DNA from: Paraphysomonas bandaiensis
Taxonomy: Eukaryota; Protista; Chrysophyceae
Assembly (NCBI GenBank): GCA_965644295.1
Contig: CBFFRP010000123.1
Location: forward strand, 248,001-312,000
Reading direction: 5' to 3'
DNA: 64,000 bases
This document shows, piece by piece, positions 36,897 to 49,700 of the stretch (position 1 is its first letter; the number at the start of each line of letters is the position of its first letter). Made by a program: the position numbers and the translations under genes. The notes below the pieces were generated by a model. That model did not search any database. It was not told the DNA's origin and worked only from the letters and a program-made list of their open reading frames with translations.

Positions 36897-37611
36897 TAGT
36901 TCAGACACCTGCTAGTCAATATATATATATATCCTCCTATAAGGCCTTAGAGACCCCTCCGATCAACCCTCATGATAGATTCTATTCCCATCATACAGGA
37001 GTAAAGAATACTAGAGATTTAATTGAGGAGATGGAGTGAGAAGCTAAGAACTACGCAGTTATTTATTATGATCACAGCTCCTATATATATGTATGTATGT
37101 ATGTATGTATGGAATGGATGGCATGTTATGGACACAGTTTGAATTTCGAACAATTTTATTTGAAAATTAATTTTTACAATTTTCAATTTTACACACTGCT
37201 GCAATAGGTTGTCTGTGTTTTTTCTACGTCACTTTTCGAAAATTTCCGTAAAATACTAAAAAAACTTACAAAATATGTAAAAACTGTCCATACTAATCTT
37301 ATTTTTTAGTATATAAAGGAGCTTATACGAAGTAAGTTATATGTAGGTATAATATTGGGATAAACCGGATTCCGTCCCTGCAGCCTCACCATCAGCAGAT
37401 AGATTATCTGGAGTGGAGAAACGGTCACTTGTATATATACACATACACACACACACACATACATATATACATATATATATATATAGATAGATAGCATACA
37501 TATACACAGGAATCAATCAGTCAGATGAACTATTCGTTCAGTAAGTTTTAAAATATTATATCTAATAGTCTTATTAACACTGAGTAATCATACAATTATA
37601 TCTTATATATC

Positions 37612-39705
37612 ATGTCTGTAGCATTAGAGATTGATCATTGTATTGGGCATAGTTCAGGACCGAACTGTTTACATTATCATCCGAATGGGGAGAACTATAT
37701 ATTTTGCTCTGGTTGGAATGTTGGTATTGGAAATTTAACTGATACACATTCACAAGAGTTTCTAAGACGACATGATGATGCTATTACTTGCTTAGCATTA
37801 TCTCCTTCAGGTAAACTTATCGCATCCGGACAACGCGGTACCAATTCTGATATATTTGTATGGGACTACGACACGAAAGAGCTTGTGTATAGTTTTGAAG
37901 AGCATGATTATGGTGTTAAATATTTGGCATTTTCACATGATGAACGAATGTTAATTTCTATTGGTGATGACAATGATGGGAAGTTGATAATATGGGACTT
38001 GTCGAATGGTTGTATTGTTGCTGCTTCGCCGAAACTACATCCTGGCACCACATGTGTATCATTCGGTGGATTTGTAAAAGATATTAAGCGAAGAAACACT
38101 GATTTATATCAAATAGTTACGGGTGGAGCAGATGGCATGTATTACTGGCAGCTCAATCCCTACTCTGGCGAGCTTGGCAACGTGAAGGTAATGGGAGACG
38201 CGCGGGGATCGGTAAGCAGAAATATTAATGCAGTAAAGTTTTCTGAGAGCGAAGAATGGATATACGCCGCTACCACATCAGGGGATTATTTGGTTGCGAG
38301 CGTGAAATCACGTCATATTGTCCACACAGTACAGGCTGCAAAGAAAGGACTTCCTTCACTTGTAGCGTACAGGGATGGGTTAATCACTGGTGGTGGGGAT
38401 GGGAGTGTCAAGCTGTTCGGCGAAGACAATGAATCATATGCTAGTACTACACTGGATGGTTCTGTGGTATCACTCTCTTTGTCTCAAGACATGCTGGAGG
38501 TGTGTTGTGGGGCTCTCGTTGACGTGACTTGACGATATCTACAGGTGATCGCAGGTACTGCAACGGGGTCGATATTTCGCATTAACCTGCAGACTATGAA
38601 CTACATCGCGGTCGCCGAGAGTCACACTGGAAGTGTAATTGCAGTTGCATTCTCAACGAAATATCCTGATCGTTTTGCAACAGCATCTGACGATGCCACT
38701 GTCAGGTACACACCGAAGCACCGCATTTGTATGTAATGTAAACCACCATGTACAGGGTATGGGATATTGTCGAGTATTCGAACTGTTCCATTGGATACCC
38801 TCGGTCCCATCAGCCCTCAGGTTCGAAGCCGTTATGTCTTGGATTTTCAGATATCGTAGTCTCTGGTTGGGATGATGGGAGGTATGTTTAGCTTTTCTTC
38901 AATATATTTAGTGTAAAAGTCTGCTCCAGTATCATTGCTCACGATATTGACACGGGAGAAAATTTATGGTTTATAGAGCGAGCACATCCTGGTGGCGTTA
39001 CTGCCATTCGTCTTAGTCATAATATGCGTTTTCTGCTTTCGGGTGGTGTTGGTGGGGAAGTGCGACTCTGGGAATTGCGAAGCAGGGAACTCATATCACA
39101 TCTCAAGGAGCATACACAGAAAATTACAGACATCGCTATATTCGAGGATGATACCTCAGCATTAACGTCTAGTAAAGATAGATGTATTATGCGCTGGGAT
39201 CTCCGTGAAGAGGTAAAGAGATATCTAATTACGTGCACACGGTTTCCTCTTATTGCATTCTTACTGCTACGCAGCGGAGGAAGTACTGTTACACTCAGCG
39301 CATGGGGGGAATAAACTCCATTGCTGTTTCCAAGGACCAAACGCAGATAATCAGTATGGGACAAGAAAGGAAAATGTGTTTTTGGGAACCCTCCACTCCC
39401 GCTCCAGTACACGAGGAGATATTTGGTGACAACGAGGAAGGCCTATGTCTTGTCAGGTAATGTTTCAAGCACTAGGTATAAGAATGTCTAATCGATTTCA
39501 CAGATCCAATGACGGTGAACTATTGGCATCAGGCAGTTCTAATGGAGTCATTCGGATATGGAGCTTTGAAACGGGTGCAATGTTGGCCTCCGTAACTGCA
39601 CATTCAGGAAATGTAAGTGACATTACATTCAGTTCAGACGATCGCCAGGTCATATCAACAGGACTTGATGGTGCTATTTCGATTTGGTGCCTATTCAAGC
39701 AATAG
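37612..39705 (+). CDS. CFAP52: WD40 protein, CFAP52/WDR16-like, multi-exon
   Basis: N-terminus LEIDHCIGH...LHYHPNG...QEFLRRHDDAITCLALSPSGKLIASGQ typical of CFAP52; many WD repeats; 5 introns. Could be a paralog. Confidence 0.7.
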
Positions 39706-40449
39706 TCATTGTGTTTGTAAATGTGGTTTTCTTCATTGTAAGTTTGATTTTCCGCGGTAGGAGTAAGTAATAGGCATGAGGGATGCTAGTGATAATAACT
39801 CCTTCGTCATATATGACAGATGGACCCAATTTACGTATAAGTAGTGTAGTTTGTAGTTACATTGTTACCTTAGGATATTAGTCCAGAACAAAGTAAATCA
39901 ATGACTGTGTTAAATAACCTGTTTCAACGAAACTGCACGTCAAGCACTCGAAGCATATCGAGTCGAAGCTTACGACATACACGCTCAGTAAAGCATTGTA
40001 TCACTACGTTCCAATATCATTTATCCTATGTGCTGTGTACATAGAAGATTCAGAATTACATATATGTGCAACTAAGTAGGTATATATATAACTAAGTAGA
40101 AAGTGTAAATTGTTTGGAAGAAAATATATATTCAGAATATTGCTAGGATACCGCTACCCCTGGTCGTGTCATATGTCATATCTACCGAAGAAAAATCCAT
40201 AGCGAATATTCAGAGTAAGAAATCTAAGCATTATCAAAATAGCAACCAACAACAATTGAATAAACTTTGCTTCTGTACATACAGAAGAGCATAGTCAATT
40301 TCGCATTAAGCTATCATTACGTTTCTAACTATATAGAAACGCAGTCAGCAGTCACCAGCATCGAAAAGATCGAATACGTATATGTATTTTTCTTTGAATG
40401 CACATTCAACACGGAATGTTTGTACATTACTGAATATAGTATAAAATTA

Positions 40450-41207
40450 TCAACGGCGAGACGCAGGGGCGGTTTTAGGTCGAACTTTTTTAATCGGAGA
40501 GTTCATTAAACGATATGATGACTCACGCTGCGACCGGGCATCAACGTGCACTTTATCTCCCTTGAACTTATACCTTGCGTTCTTTGATATAAATCTGCTG
40601 CCATACACAAATCCTTCGTCTGCTACACGAACTGGAGAGTTAGGACGATACGAATTTGGGTTTTGAAAAGAATCTCGTCCTGAACCTGAGAACATAAATT
40701 GAATTCATGGGAACAGACCTAGTGTAGTAGCCCACCTGCACTGATAAATTTTGGAGGTGGAGCAGTCCTTGGTCGCGGAAGGGGCGACGGTGAAAGTCTT
40801 CTAAAGCTAGTTGACCGCGGGGCATAGGCAGCATCGTATCCACTGACGATAAATAAATCTCGCCCAGATCCTGTAGGCTTATAAGTGGGTGGTGGTGTGT
40901 GTCTAACGGTGCCAGTAACTTCTCTCTTACTAACAACAGGTTTCGAAAAAGAAACAGAAGGTACGACTTTGTCCGCTGCTACTTGACAGAATAAATCTCG
41001 ACCAGATCCATTGGGTATATACTTTGGCATAGGAGGGCGTTTAGCAGACGTGGTTTTAGATGATGTAAAGGGGCATCTCGGTATCGAATGAGGTACACAA
41101 CCGCCATCAGCAAATGATATAAAGGTATCTCTTCCTTTTCCATCAGAAAAATATTTTGGAGGTACACTCGTTGATCGAGCAGCCTTAGTGCTAAGATAGC
41201 TCGGCAT
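40450..41207 (-). CDS. Basic Pro-rich protein with four PxY..xG(S/K)GRDxF repeats, 2 exons
   Basis: PPKYFSDGKGRDTFI, MPKYIPNGSGRDLFC, PPTYKPTGSGRDLFI, PPKFISAG|SGRDSFQ; intron about 40687-40736 splits the fourth repeat in frame. Confidence 0.75.
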
Positions 41208-41930
41208 TATGCTTGTGTGTATATATATGTCTCTCTATGTATATATACCACAGGAGATAATGAAAGCAGTGATGAGAGTTCAGTATGTAAATCAGTAAAT
41301 CATGATTCAGATAAGCGGGATGAACACAGAGTAGTGGTGTATATTACTGTTCCCACTGTCTCCTTCTGTTCATTGAATGCTGCATGAGACTGTCGTGAGA
41401 TACGACCAGCCTGCACACCTCATACGTATACAGCAGTACATATACATATACATATACATACACATACACATACACATACAGAGTACATATGGACGAGTGG
41501 ACACACTGCGGTATGCTATAGATATAACTGAACGCGTATCCTACATCACACATATACGACATATGTTGGAGATATCCTACAGCGTATTCTGTATGCTTAT
41601 TATGGTATACACTGCTGTTACTACATCTGCTGTGTAACTGTCCATATGGTCTCTTTCGTCCACTACCGAATTACCTCAATATACGGTAGTACATCTCTGC
41701 GAATGAATATACAATCAAAACATATGATTTGTTACAAGAAATTCTTCACCTAAATTTGGTGAGTATACATATATATATACATATATAGAACTATAGAGAA
41801 CAATACTATAAGAAGGCCGAGTTTAGAAGGAAGGTGGATGGAATCATAAGAGAACATCATCACACACACTGACCATCATCACATGTCTGTCATAATATAA
41901 TAGATGAAGTATTAAGATTGATTGATTATC

Positions 41931-42848
41931 ATGCCACGACCTAAATATTTATCTAATAGAAAAGTTAATACTGCATTACTTTATAAAACACTTGTATCAT
42001 TGTCTGATGTCGTACGTGGAGAACCTTCATTTGAAGGGGAGTTCTTAGAGAAACTATATGAAGAAAGTGTTTATCCACAACCTGATCTGTCTGAATTAAG
42101 AGAGTGGTTGGTATCATATGGTGGGAGGAGTATATCTGATAAAGAGTTACTGAATCTATTGGCTTATGTTAGCTTATATACACCTGTTAAGTTTGTATCT
42201 CGTGATTATACAGTCGCTGTGCTTAAACAAAGCTGCAAATTAGTTCCACCACAGTTATCTCACTATGACACATGGTGTTATCAGATAAAGGCACATATGG
42301 TTACTCGCAGGGCTGCTCAGAAGTTTGTGTCGATAACTGGAATTCGTCGGTCCAGTTTGCCTAGCGTGCCAGTACTCTCTCCTGCTACTAGCGTCAAAAA
42401 TATTGTCGACACCGAAAATAATCCTGAAAATAAACCGGAGACTAAAAGAGCCCCTGTTAAACGTACGTTTTCCAAGTTGCCCTCGTTCATGGAAGCAGCT
42501 CAACAGAAAATGGGGAAGATTATGACCATAATCACACGCGGGAATTCAAGCTGTCCCATCGCTCCGATGGAAAACTCCCCATCCACAACCGATAGAATAC
42601 AAAGAAGTAATGACGAGGAACACATTAAAAATGTGTCTCCCAGACAAGGCTGTGACCCTGAAGAGGGTTTGGAGTCGAGGTCATCTGATGATAGCGACCA
42701 ATTGTTTCCGCAAGAGACAGAATCAGATGACATGAACGGAACTGATAATGCGGATCAAGTTCCTGAATCAACGTTAGAGGCTGGTACGACGATACCAGAT
42801 GTGCAAATGCACCACGAAATTAATGAGATCATTCCGACAGAGGCTTGA
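41931..42848 (+). CDS. Hypothetical protein (helical N-terminus, acidic disordered C-terminus)
   Basis: 305-aa ORF from ATG 41931; no recognised domain. Confidence 0.6.
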   Translation: MPRPKYLSNRKVNTALLYKTLVSLSDVVRGEPSFEGEFLEKLYEESVYPQPDLSELREWLVSYGGRSISDKELLNLLAYVSLYTPVKFVSRDYTVAVLKQSCKLVPPQLSHYDTWCYQIKAHMVTRRAAQKFVSITGIRRSSLPSVPVLSPATSVKNIVDTENNPENKPETKRAPVKRTFSKLPSFMEAAQQKMGKIMTIITRGNSSCPIAPMENSPSTTDRIQRSNDEEHIKNVSPRQGCDPEEGLESRSSDDSDQLFPQETESDDMNGTDNADQVPESTLEAGTTIPDVQMHHEINEIIPTEA

Positions 42849-43691
42849 GTCACGCCATCGTTGTATGCATCGCCACCGCAGCTATAGTCTTATCGCACTG
42901 ACAGAACATGTTAGCGACTGTGAAAAATTTTCGTCATTAACATTCGCAGAGCATTTGCGTCATGGACGTTATTTTACACTTGTATGTGGTGTACATATTT
43001 ATGACTAACTGCGGTTATTCTGATAGTGCAGAAGTTATTTTCGAATAGAGTATTTCTCTGACAGAGAAAAGGATGAATATCTCAACACCACGCAGTTGTG
43101 CTGTTTACCAGAAGTTATAGTTGTTAAAATTTTGTTACTTTTATATTTCGGTTATAAAACTTGTAATAATTCTGAAGCAAAGATTGTTGCAAATCATGTC
43201 ATGTCGATGTAAGTGTTTACAGAAACTACAATGTACGTGAATTCGTAATAATATAACGTATTGGTAATATATGACAGGAAACCGTGTATGTATATCGATA
43301 TTGGCCATCACAACTATCAGAAGTCGTTTACTGAACAATTATACATTATACACATTCAATAAACATTTCAATTGGGATTGTCTTCTGTCTTTTCTACTGC
43401 CAATCTTAGATATTAGGTAGATACGATCTTATACTACATACTACACTCACCGTATTTCATTTACGCTAACGCATTATCGAACTAATAGCAAAGAAGTTAT
43501 TGGTTACCCGCTATTACATGTTTAAGTAATTATTACACTATCGCCTAGACAATTTATATAGGCATAGCGTTAGCATTTACGTTGTTAGCAACTTGAAGGT
43601 ATTCTACACTCTACGCACCTACGTTTCAAGGGACTCGACACGAATTGCAGAATTATACATACATCAGCTATCACACATTCATTGCGCTGAG

Positions 43692-45238
43692 TTACACACC
43701 CTCATGAGAATAAACAAATTCTTGAATCCATTCCCAGATGATTTTTTCTTCATGTTGTCGCACAGTTGTCACCTCAGCAGGGTCGTTAGGGTGGGGCCCT
43801 CTTAAGTCCAAGTGATGAGCTCCAGTCTCAAGCATAAAAAAATGCATTCCGCGCTTAGCAGCATCCTTTGGCGCGTACTGAGGATAAAACCCACCGCCAG
43901 ACCATGGATCCAAGGCCCCGTTACTCCATATGATATTCGTGATGTCAGCGTCCCCGTTCACAAGAGAGTAGCCCCCATATCGTGACGTCAAGGCATTCGG
44001 GTCAGGTGTAATATGGTAATTGCTCATGCACGGTTCATAAGCAGACGTGGTATAGTCGAATGAGTAATTCCGGATTCCACGGGAAGAAAATTTATGCAAA
44101 GTTTCAGTACAACTCTGGTATCCCCATTGTCCGGGGCCTGGTCCATCGCCGGGAATGTTTCCTGGGCCCTATGTAATAAAAATCATACAGAGTACGACTA
44201 CTAAGAAGAAATGTAAAAGAAACCAACATTCACAACAAGTATCTGCGTGAAGAATACCTGGGGACCTATGGTAGGCATACACGTATCCCTGTCTGCACCC
44301 AGCGCCATATACGTTACCTCCACGGCAGCATCCAGTATATTCTCATCGCTATTGTATGCACGAACAAGAGTATCACATGCAACCGTGACAGGCCAAGCCG
44401 GCATGTTTCCAATCGCATAAGGATAGTTCTGCTGGCACAACCCTTCCAAAGAGTACAAGAAGAGGTCTGAATGCTTGGGGCCCAGTCCGGAACCATCCGC
44501 ATCACAAAGGTTGTACGCACGAACTAACTCATCAACCGTGGACTCATCCATAACCTCTCGAGCTGCAGATATAGCATCCAAACACTGAGGATCCACTGCA
44601 TCATAATTCTTGGTCACGATATCACTGAAGGTGTATGGAGAAACACCATAAGTATCCCAGTTTTCAGGGTCATAATATCCCGTAGGTGCTGACGATGCAA
44701 GGCCACCAATAACAGCAAAGGGATAAGTGGATCTTAAAAATGTGGTCAAAGTTGCGCCATATGACCCGCCAAATGCGACAACGGGGCAACTTTCCGCCTT
44801 ATACTGCTTCTTCACATAGTCCAGAAGTTCAACAAAGTCTTCCAAGACATTTTGCGTCGTAAGATATTCCATAGATGACGATGGAATACTTTCCCCATAA
44901 TAGCGTTGTTCTGGGAATACCACAAGAGCTCCCCACTTAGGAGCAAGATAGTCTATCATAAATCCATTTCCTGACCAGAATGCAGTTATATCTGCTTCAT
45001 TACCAGTGTACATAAGAATAGGTCCTGGACATGAAGAGAATAATGGCTTTGTTCCCCAGTGATCATCATTCAACAAATATCTATGAGACCATCTCGGTGT
45101 ATTAGGATGAAATGTATTAGTGTGATCTAATGTTTGATTGTAGTATAGTGTCTTATAAGTAGATCGTGTGGATGATAGATCAGATGCAACTCCAGTCGAT
45201 ATAGAGGAACATAGAAACCATATGAACCATGCTATCAT
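43692..45238 (-). CDS. Peptidase S28 (Pro-X carboxypeptidase / DPP7-like), secreted, 2 exons
   Basis: Signal peptide; YNQTLDH, GPILMYTGNE, EQRYYGES, nucleophile FGGSYG, NIIWSNGALDPW, AHHLDLR. Confidence 0.9.
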
Positions 45239-45740
45239 CGTTATGAATGGAGTTAATGTGTGTAGTATTGATAATATGTGTGTATTGTTGTGATGAATTT
45301 CATAACTAACACACTGCTGTGCACACAGCAGCAGCACCATATCGACTATACTCTGCATGCATAGGAATGTATATGTCTGGATGTACCAGCAGTAGCCTGC
45401 TACGGTGTTTAATACATACAACAGTACAGTATACAATAAATACACCACACTCTTCGTACCCATATCGTCATGTATACACAGCAGTACAGCAGTACAGCAG
45501 TATAGCAGTACAGCAGCCAGTACAGTATACATATGGGACATAGAGCAGCTTGATGAAACACATGCATATCACACCATATGATTCCCACTCACCATATGAT
45601 CCTTCCATCATCCCTCTACATCTCATACATAGAAACACTCCCTTCCAAATGGAAATAACACATCTAGAAATAGCCATAATTAGCACCTGCATAATACCTA
45701 TAAGATATTACAGTCTTCTCTATATAGTATCTGATACATC

Positions 45741-46757
45741 ATGTCAGAGTATGAGGATCATATCATCGATGAAGGAGATATACCTGATGGAAATTCTGAA
45801 GATGATGGAAGTGTATGTTCCGGTGATTTTATGGGAGAATCATTACGTTATGAGGAGTGTCCTCTTCATAATGGTGTATTGGCTCCTGGAATCGGACGCT
45901 TTGCATTCATGAATCCCGCCACACTGAAAGATATTGTTGTATACTACATTAAATCTGAAAACTATGTGACAGAGGACCCTGTGGTTATGGTTTTTCATGG
46001 TGTTTATCGTAACCCAGATGTATATCGGGACAGATGGATAGAGCTTGCTCTTGAACATGGTTTATTTGTGATTGCTCCGTTGTTTAGTGAAGATCAATTT
46101 CCTGGAACTGAAGGGTATAATTTAGGGAATATATTTGAGCATGAAAAGCCGAAACCTGATTCCACGCTTAAGGACGAGCGAAGCTGGAGTTATCATATCC
46201 CTGGCGTCGTTTTCGATTATCTCAGAGAGAAGCAAGACACTGTCTCTATGGGATACCTTGGTTTCGGCCATAGTGCTGGTAGTCAATTTCTCCATAGAAA
46301 AATTGCGCTTGCGCCCGATCCTCGCTTGCTTCTTGCCATTGCTGCTAACGCTGGATGGTATACAATGCCTACTTTTGACGAAAAATGGCCCTATGGGCTC
46401 ACAAATAGCGGACTAACCGAAGATGCTCTGGGTTTGCTATTCGGTGCAAACCTCATTGTCCTTTTGGGGGACGACGACATCAATCCGAAACACAAAAATC
46501 TTCGCCGCACTAAAGAAGCCAATGCACAGGGACGTAATCGCTTTGAGCGGGGTAAAACCTTCTTTCGAGTAGGACAGGAAATGGCAACACGGTATGGGCT
46601 TACTTTCAACTGGCGAATCGAGTTTGTTGAAGGTGTTGGACACGATAGTGAAGCAATGTCACCAAGCGCTGCCAGACTTATGAGTAATTTCATACAAACT
46701 GTGTACAAATCGAATTGGGGGAGGGACGAAAGTGCAGACCTCTCTCCGGTTAGTTAG
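45741..46757 (+). CDS. Alpha/beta hydrolase of bacterial type, intronless
   Basis: VMVFHGVYRN, GHSAGSQF (Ser), AANAGWY, LLGDDD (Asp), VEGVGHD (His). Confidence 0.8.
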   Translation: MSEYEDHIIDEGDIPDGNSEDDGSVCSGDFMGESLRYEECPLHNGVLAPGIGRFAFMNPATLKDIVVYYIKSENYVTEDPVVMVFHGVYRNPDVYRDRWIELALEHGLFVIAPLFSEDQFPGTEGYNLGNIFEHEKPKPDSTLKDERSWSYHIPGVVFDYLREKQDTVSMGYLGFGHSAGSQFLHRKIALAPDPRLLLAIAANAGWYTMPTFDEKWPYGLTNSGLTEDALGLLFGANLIVLLGDDDINPKHKNLRRTKEANAQGRNRFERGKTFFRVGQEMATRYGLTFNWRIEFVEGVGHDSEAMSPSAARLMSNFIQTVYKSNWGRDESADLSPVS

Positions 46758-47651
46758 CTTCACTTCCACCCCACTACGGATCGGAACTGTGTAGCTCTTC
46801 GCTCCACTTGGGAGGAGTATTTCTTTAAAGCACATTTTTTGTTCTATCATGACATTGTCATAATATTTTTTATATATAGTAAAGTCGTAATAATGATAAT
46901 GCCATCGTCTTTTTGTTCATAGTAGTCAAAGCTGTATACGGACTTGTTAACAAAGAAAGAAATTTGTTGCGGAACAGAATTTGTGTTTAGAGTTTAGACA
47001 GCATCTCAGTGCTTCCTCCTACTACTATCCTGGGTTTATAGAGCTGGTAGGAGTTTATACGCATTCCCAACCAGTGTACTTGGTCGATATCACGTATTAA
47101 CATTGTGGATGGTATACCAATACTTCATATTTCATATCATGTATTATCATTCATCAAATTTATGTTATCACAACTACCAATCAATTTCATACAATCTTAG
47201 ATAGTCACAATCTTATAGCTACTGTCAATATATTTCAGTTTCACTACTATAATTACCATCATATATCGTAATACAGTTAACCACTATTGTGTTCAGTATT
47301 CATCAAGCAATTACCTTAGAAATACAGCTATTAACTGCTTACAAACTGAAAAACACTGAAGGTGTTTAATACAGATCAAGTTAGAGCCCTGACCACAGTT
47401 TGAATCGGAGGTCATTATGAAATACATCATACTTCTTTAATTGAACAAGAACTCCCTCTTGTTATGTACCCACGGTGTGTTTTTCGTGTCTACTGGTTTT
47501 CGTTAGAACTATACTCCAATAGTTGCTCAATACTAAAACACTAGTCGAATATGAAGAGTGAAGAACTTGCACTATATACAATGTAGAAGCAACATTATTG
47601 TCCTACTAACAAGCATCGAAAATATGATTACATTCGTTAAATTCAGCATAT

Positions 47652-48731
47652 TTATGTACTATCTTTCTTCTTACTCTTCAACAAATACCACATTGACAGA
47701 CACGCACGTGGGGTTCGTTTCTTACCGACATCTTCAGCAACTGAATGCCATAGCTCATTTCCTCTTAGATGATTTTGTGTCATATGATTCTCTACTGCAT
47801 TCTCTAGTCGCTCAATCTCGTCTTTCGTCCACAACTTCTTGAAGAAACTCCACCGGGTTTTACATTGATTTGGGGAGCGGACGTGGTTCATATACTTACT
47901 CACGTAAGTCCACGAGATTATTGCAGACGTACTGATTTTGAGATACTCTCGAACAGCTTCCTGTAAGGTCCTATCTTCCTCTTCTGTCCAACAATATTTC
48001 TTTTTCGAATATTTCAGATTCGTGCGCACAGCCCATCTGGAATTGCACTGTACGTGATTTACTTCACCGTTAAACAGCTTGGCTACTTCGTACCATGAAA
48101 TTCCGCCCATTTTACCCGCTCCTTTATACTTTTTTACACCCTCATCAAGCAACGCATCCATCTCTGGTGTCCACCTTATCCTTTTCTTTTTTTTCTTACC
48201 GTCTAGGGAAAACTGGAGATAACGCAGGTACCGTGAGTGACACTGCTGTAAGGTACGGGTTCCTACATGCTCGCATACTTTTGCCCATGATACCCGGCCA
48301 GATCTTCCCTGTCCATCATACAGTTTGACTCCCTCGATGAGCCTTTTATCTTCACTTTCACTCCAAGGCCCTTCTACTAAATCTGTACGACCCCGACTTT
48401 TTGTAAGATAATTCCATCTTAAGGCACACTGAATTGCGGATCTCCTTCCATTCATTAAATCTGAAATAACTTTCCATCTAATCTTATTCGATGTAGATGT
48501 CTGTGTATGTATACCCAGTGCTTCTACTAGAGCGTCAGTTTCCTCAGAGGACCATGCACCTTTACCATAACCAGATGCACTAGTACTTATTTTTGAAAGA
48601 TCAGAATTATAATCATAAGGATTCATACATAAATATCTCCTATTGATACTTCTGAAAGGTTTGTTGCCATTGTTATGAGTTACGTGTATTACAGAGGCAT
48701 ACAGTGCACGAAATGCACTGTACGAGCACAT
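47652..48731 (-). CDS. Five-repeat Myb/SANT protein, paralog 1, intronless
   Basis: Five W-x-x-E-E-D...W..V...R...QC..RW-type repeats; N-terminal about 39 aa with no acidic residues. Confidence 0.85.
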   Translation of the reverse strand: MCSYSAFRALYASVIHVTHNNGNKPFRSINRRYLCMNPYDYNSDLSKISTSASGYGKGAWSSEETDALVEALGIHTQTSTSNKIRWKVISDLMNGRRSAIQCALRWNYLTKSRGRTDLVEGPWSESEDKRLIEGVKLYDGQGRSGRVSWAKVCEHVGTRTLQQCHSRYLRYLQFSLDGKKKKKRIRWTPEMDALLDEGVKKYKGAGKMGGISWYEVAKLFNGEVNHVQCNSRWAVRTNLKYSKKKYCWTEEEDRTLQEAVREYLKISTSAIISWTYVSKYMNHVRSPNQCKTRWSFFKKLWTKDEIERLENAVENHMTQNHLRGNELWHSVAEDVGKKRTPRACLSMWYLLKSKKKDST

Positions 48732-49700
48732 AGCGAATAGATGATTCGAATAGTAACACAGAGGAGGATAGGTTGTGATCTGTTAGTGGGTTGTTTAATG
48801 TAAAGATATAATTCTGGTTAGAGTTTATTAATATGCTGAATATTAATATATATACACACATATACATACATATACACGGCGGCACTGCCTTGTGCATACT
48901 GTACATCCACATTAACGTGTGAGTGGTGGACTGACTCTACATACATGCCATGGCATACTAAAATATGTACGAAATTCGTAATATACGGAGTATGTATACG
49001 TACTGTATTTATCAAAATCCTTCAACCCTACCTACAATACACTGCATATACTGTATATACAAGCATTTTATTCGAGTTTCCACACAAAACCATACTTTTC
49101 ACAGCTTCCAAATAAAACTTAAAAAAATTCTGTTTTCTCAACACTTTTCTGCAGATTTTTCACTCCAACGACCTATAGCAAATTTCAATGTTAGCGTGAT
49201 TCTATGTGATGTGGGAGTGTGTTCTTAGTGCATTTATCGTAAACATCCTCACGTAATCATCTTATTACAATTCACAAAATCCCTTTTCAAACCATTGGGC
49301 AGTTGACTATAAGCCCTTGTGATTACTTTTGGTGTCACGTAGAGCAAAGAACTATAACGCTATAGTATCAAATGTTCAAGAACTTTGGTAGTTCCATATT
49401 AAACGTTTTAGCATCTACTGCAGTAGTAGAACTAAGGTGCAACCACCTCCGCTCCATCGCTTAAAGCAAACGCCGTGAGCAAGCAGAATGTTGATATACC
49501 TGACATCTGCTGACTTCAGGTTTTGAGTCCTTAAGGTGAACATCCCGGATGCTTGACTTCAGCAGGCAGGCCAATACCCAGGTTACCCATCAGGTGGGCC
49601 CATATTCGGATACCTGGGTAATCGTCAAGGCCCAAAGACGTCTAAACAAGTGACACTTTCCCTTGTACCACACAAGCATTCGGCTATGAGTGGGCAGAAC

